64,000 bases of DNA from Capsulimonadaceae bacterium. GTDB taxonomy: Bacteria > Armatimonadota > Armatimonadia > Armatimonadales > Capsulimonadaceae. The DNA is taken from NCBI GenBank assembly GCA_965215505.1, contig OZ244065.1, forward strand, positions 3,904,001-3,968,000. Reading direction: 5' to 3'. This document shows positions 63,122-64,000 of the stretch, piece by piece. Made by a program: the position numbers and the translations under genes. Each line of letters starts with the position of its first letter. Positions within the stretch are counted from its first letter, which is position 1. The notes beneath the pieces are model-generated. The model saw nothing but the letters and a program-made list of their open reading frames with translations, ran no database searches and was not told where the DNA came from.

Positions 63122-64000
63122 ATGGACATGACGCGCAGAAGCACGGGACTCGGCACGAAATTCGGCATGGCCGCCGCACTGCTGGGGCTGACGGCGGCGT
63201 TGGCCGGCTGCGGCCACGGCAGCGGCGGGACGGCGACGAGCGGCGGGTCGGCCTCGACGGGCGGCGGGACCCCGGCGGGCGGTGCGCCGCTCCAGATCGC
63301 CGTCATCCCCAAGGGGACCTCTCACGAGTACTGGAAGTCCATCCACGCCGGGGCGATGAAGGCCTCGCAGGACCTCGCGGCCAAGGGCACGCCGGTCAAC
63401 ATCATCTGGAAGGGCACCGAGAGCGAGGGCGACCGCAACGGCCAGGTGACCATCGTCGAGAACTTCATCACCCAGAAGGTCAGCGGCATGGTGCTGGCCC
63501 CGCTGGACAAAGACGCCCTCAAGACGCCCGTCCATGATGCCGCCGACCATAAAATCCCTGTGGTTATCATCGACTCGTCGCTGAACGGCAGCGACTACAC
63601 CTCCTTCTGCGCTACCGACAATGAGAAGGGCGGGACCCTGGCGGGCGAGCAGATGGTGAAGCTGCTGGGCGGCAAGGGCAACGTCCTCGTGCTGGCCTAC
63701 GCCCTCGGCTCGGCCAGTACGGAGGCGCGCGAGAAGGGCTTCCTGGACGCCGTCAAGAAGGCCCCAGGCATCACCGTCCTGTCGAGCAACCAGTACGGCG
63801 GCCCGACGACGGAGGTCGCCCAGAAGACCTCGGGCAACCTGCTGGCCCGCTACGGCGCGCAGGTCAACGGCATCTTCGCCTCCAACGAAACCAACACGCG
63901 CGGGATGCGGCTCGCCCTCAAAGATCACGGGCTGCTGGGCAAGGTGAAGTTCGTCGGCTTCGACGCCGCTCCGGACCTCTTGGACGCGCTGAAAGCGGGC
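63122..64000 (+). CDS. Sugar ABC substrate-binding lipoprotein (RbsB-like), 3'-truncated
   Basis: AAGGAG RBS; lipobox LAGC; IAVIPKGTSHEYWKSIHAGA, IDS, ATDN..GG, VGFD; open to the window end. Confidence 0.92.
   Translation, partial: MDMTRRSTGLGTKFGMAAALLGLTAALAGCGHGSGGTATSGGSASTGGGTPAGGAPLQIAVIPKGTSHEYWKSIHAGAMKASQDLAAKGTPVNIIWKGTESEGDRNGQVTIVENFITQKVSGMVLAPLDKDALKTPVHDAADHKIPVVIIDSSLNGSDYTSFCATDNEKGGTLAGEQMVKLLGGKGNVLVLAYALGSASTEAREKGFLDAVKKAPGITVLSSNQYGGPTTEVAQKTSGNLLARYGAQVNGIFASNETNTRGMRLALKDHGLLGKVKFVGFDAAPDLLDALKAG

Noticed and set aside
1-64000. tRNA, rRNA or prophage genes
   Set aside because: No cloverleaf, rRNA-like or phage structural signatures recognised by eye; a tRNAscan/Infernal run would be needed to exclude small RNAs fully

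Overview
A GC-rich bacterial chromosomal window of about 46 CDS. The gene content (DUF6785/6784-like membrane protein, prepilin/H-X9-DG protein, many GTAG-type palindromes) suggests an Armatimonadota-like organism; this is inference only. I found no rRNA, tRNA, CRISPR array, integrase or transposase. Routine content: a truncated GGDEF protein, an M16 zinc protease, membrane proteins, a TetR/SDR oxidoreductase block (16.6-23.7 kb), two divergent GGDEF/HD-GYP proteins, a GH92 mannosidase, sugar ABC components and a beta-helix surface protein. Two loci stand out. (1) 11.5-16.6 kb: two paralogous secreted subtilisins, each ending in seven RATWGS repeats and each preceded by two tandem c-di-GMP-I (GEMM-I) riboswitch-like aptamers. 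The distal aptamer has G and the proximal one has A at the ligand-specificity position (Vc2 G20). A 24-aa peptide ending RIIWDG follows, and a membrane-sensor HD-GYP/GGDEF gene lies further upstream on the same strand. This is a candidate peptide-signalling/cyclic-dinucleotide feedback system. (2) 44.6-51.4 kb: a translationally coupled operon of an ECF-like sigma factor, an HTH-like protein and an ImmA/IrrE metallopeptidase-UvrD helicase-Fe-S nuclease-like fusion, divergent from a YhaM-type HD nuclease fused to a LexA-type S24 autopeptidase. This is a candidate DNA-damage- or phage-triggered system. Other oddities: three haem-c/copper-monooxygenase paralogues with ECF-type promoters, a circularly permuted LamG domain inserted in a glutaminase-A-like protein, a REP doublet inside the helicase ORF, and an in-frame TAA at the apex of a perfect hairpin. 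All family assignments come from motif recognition by eye, not database searches.
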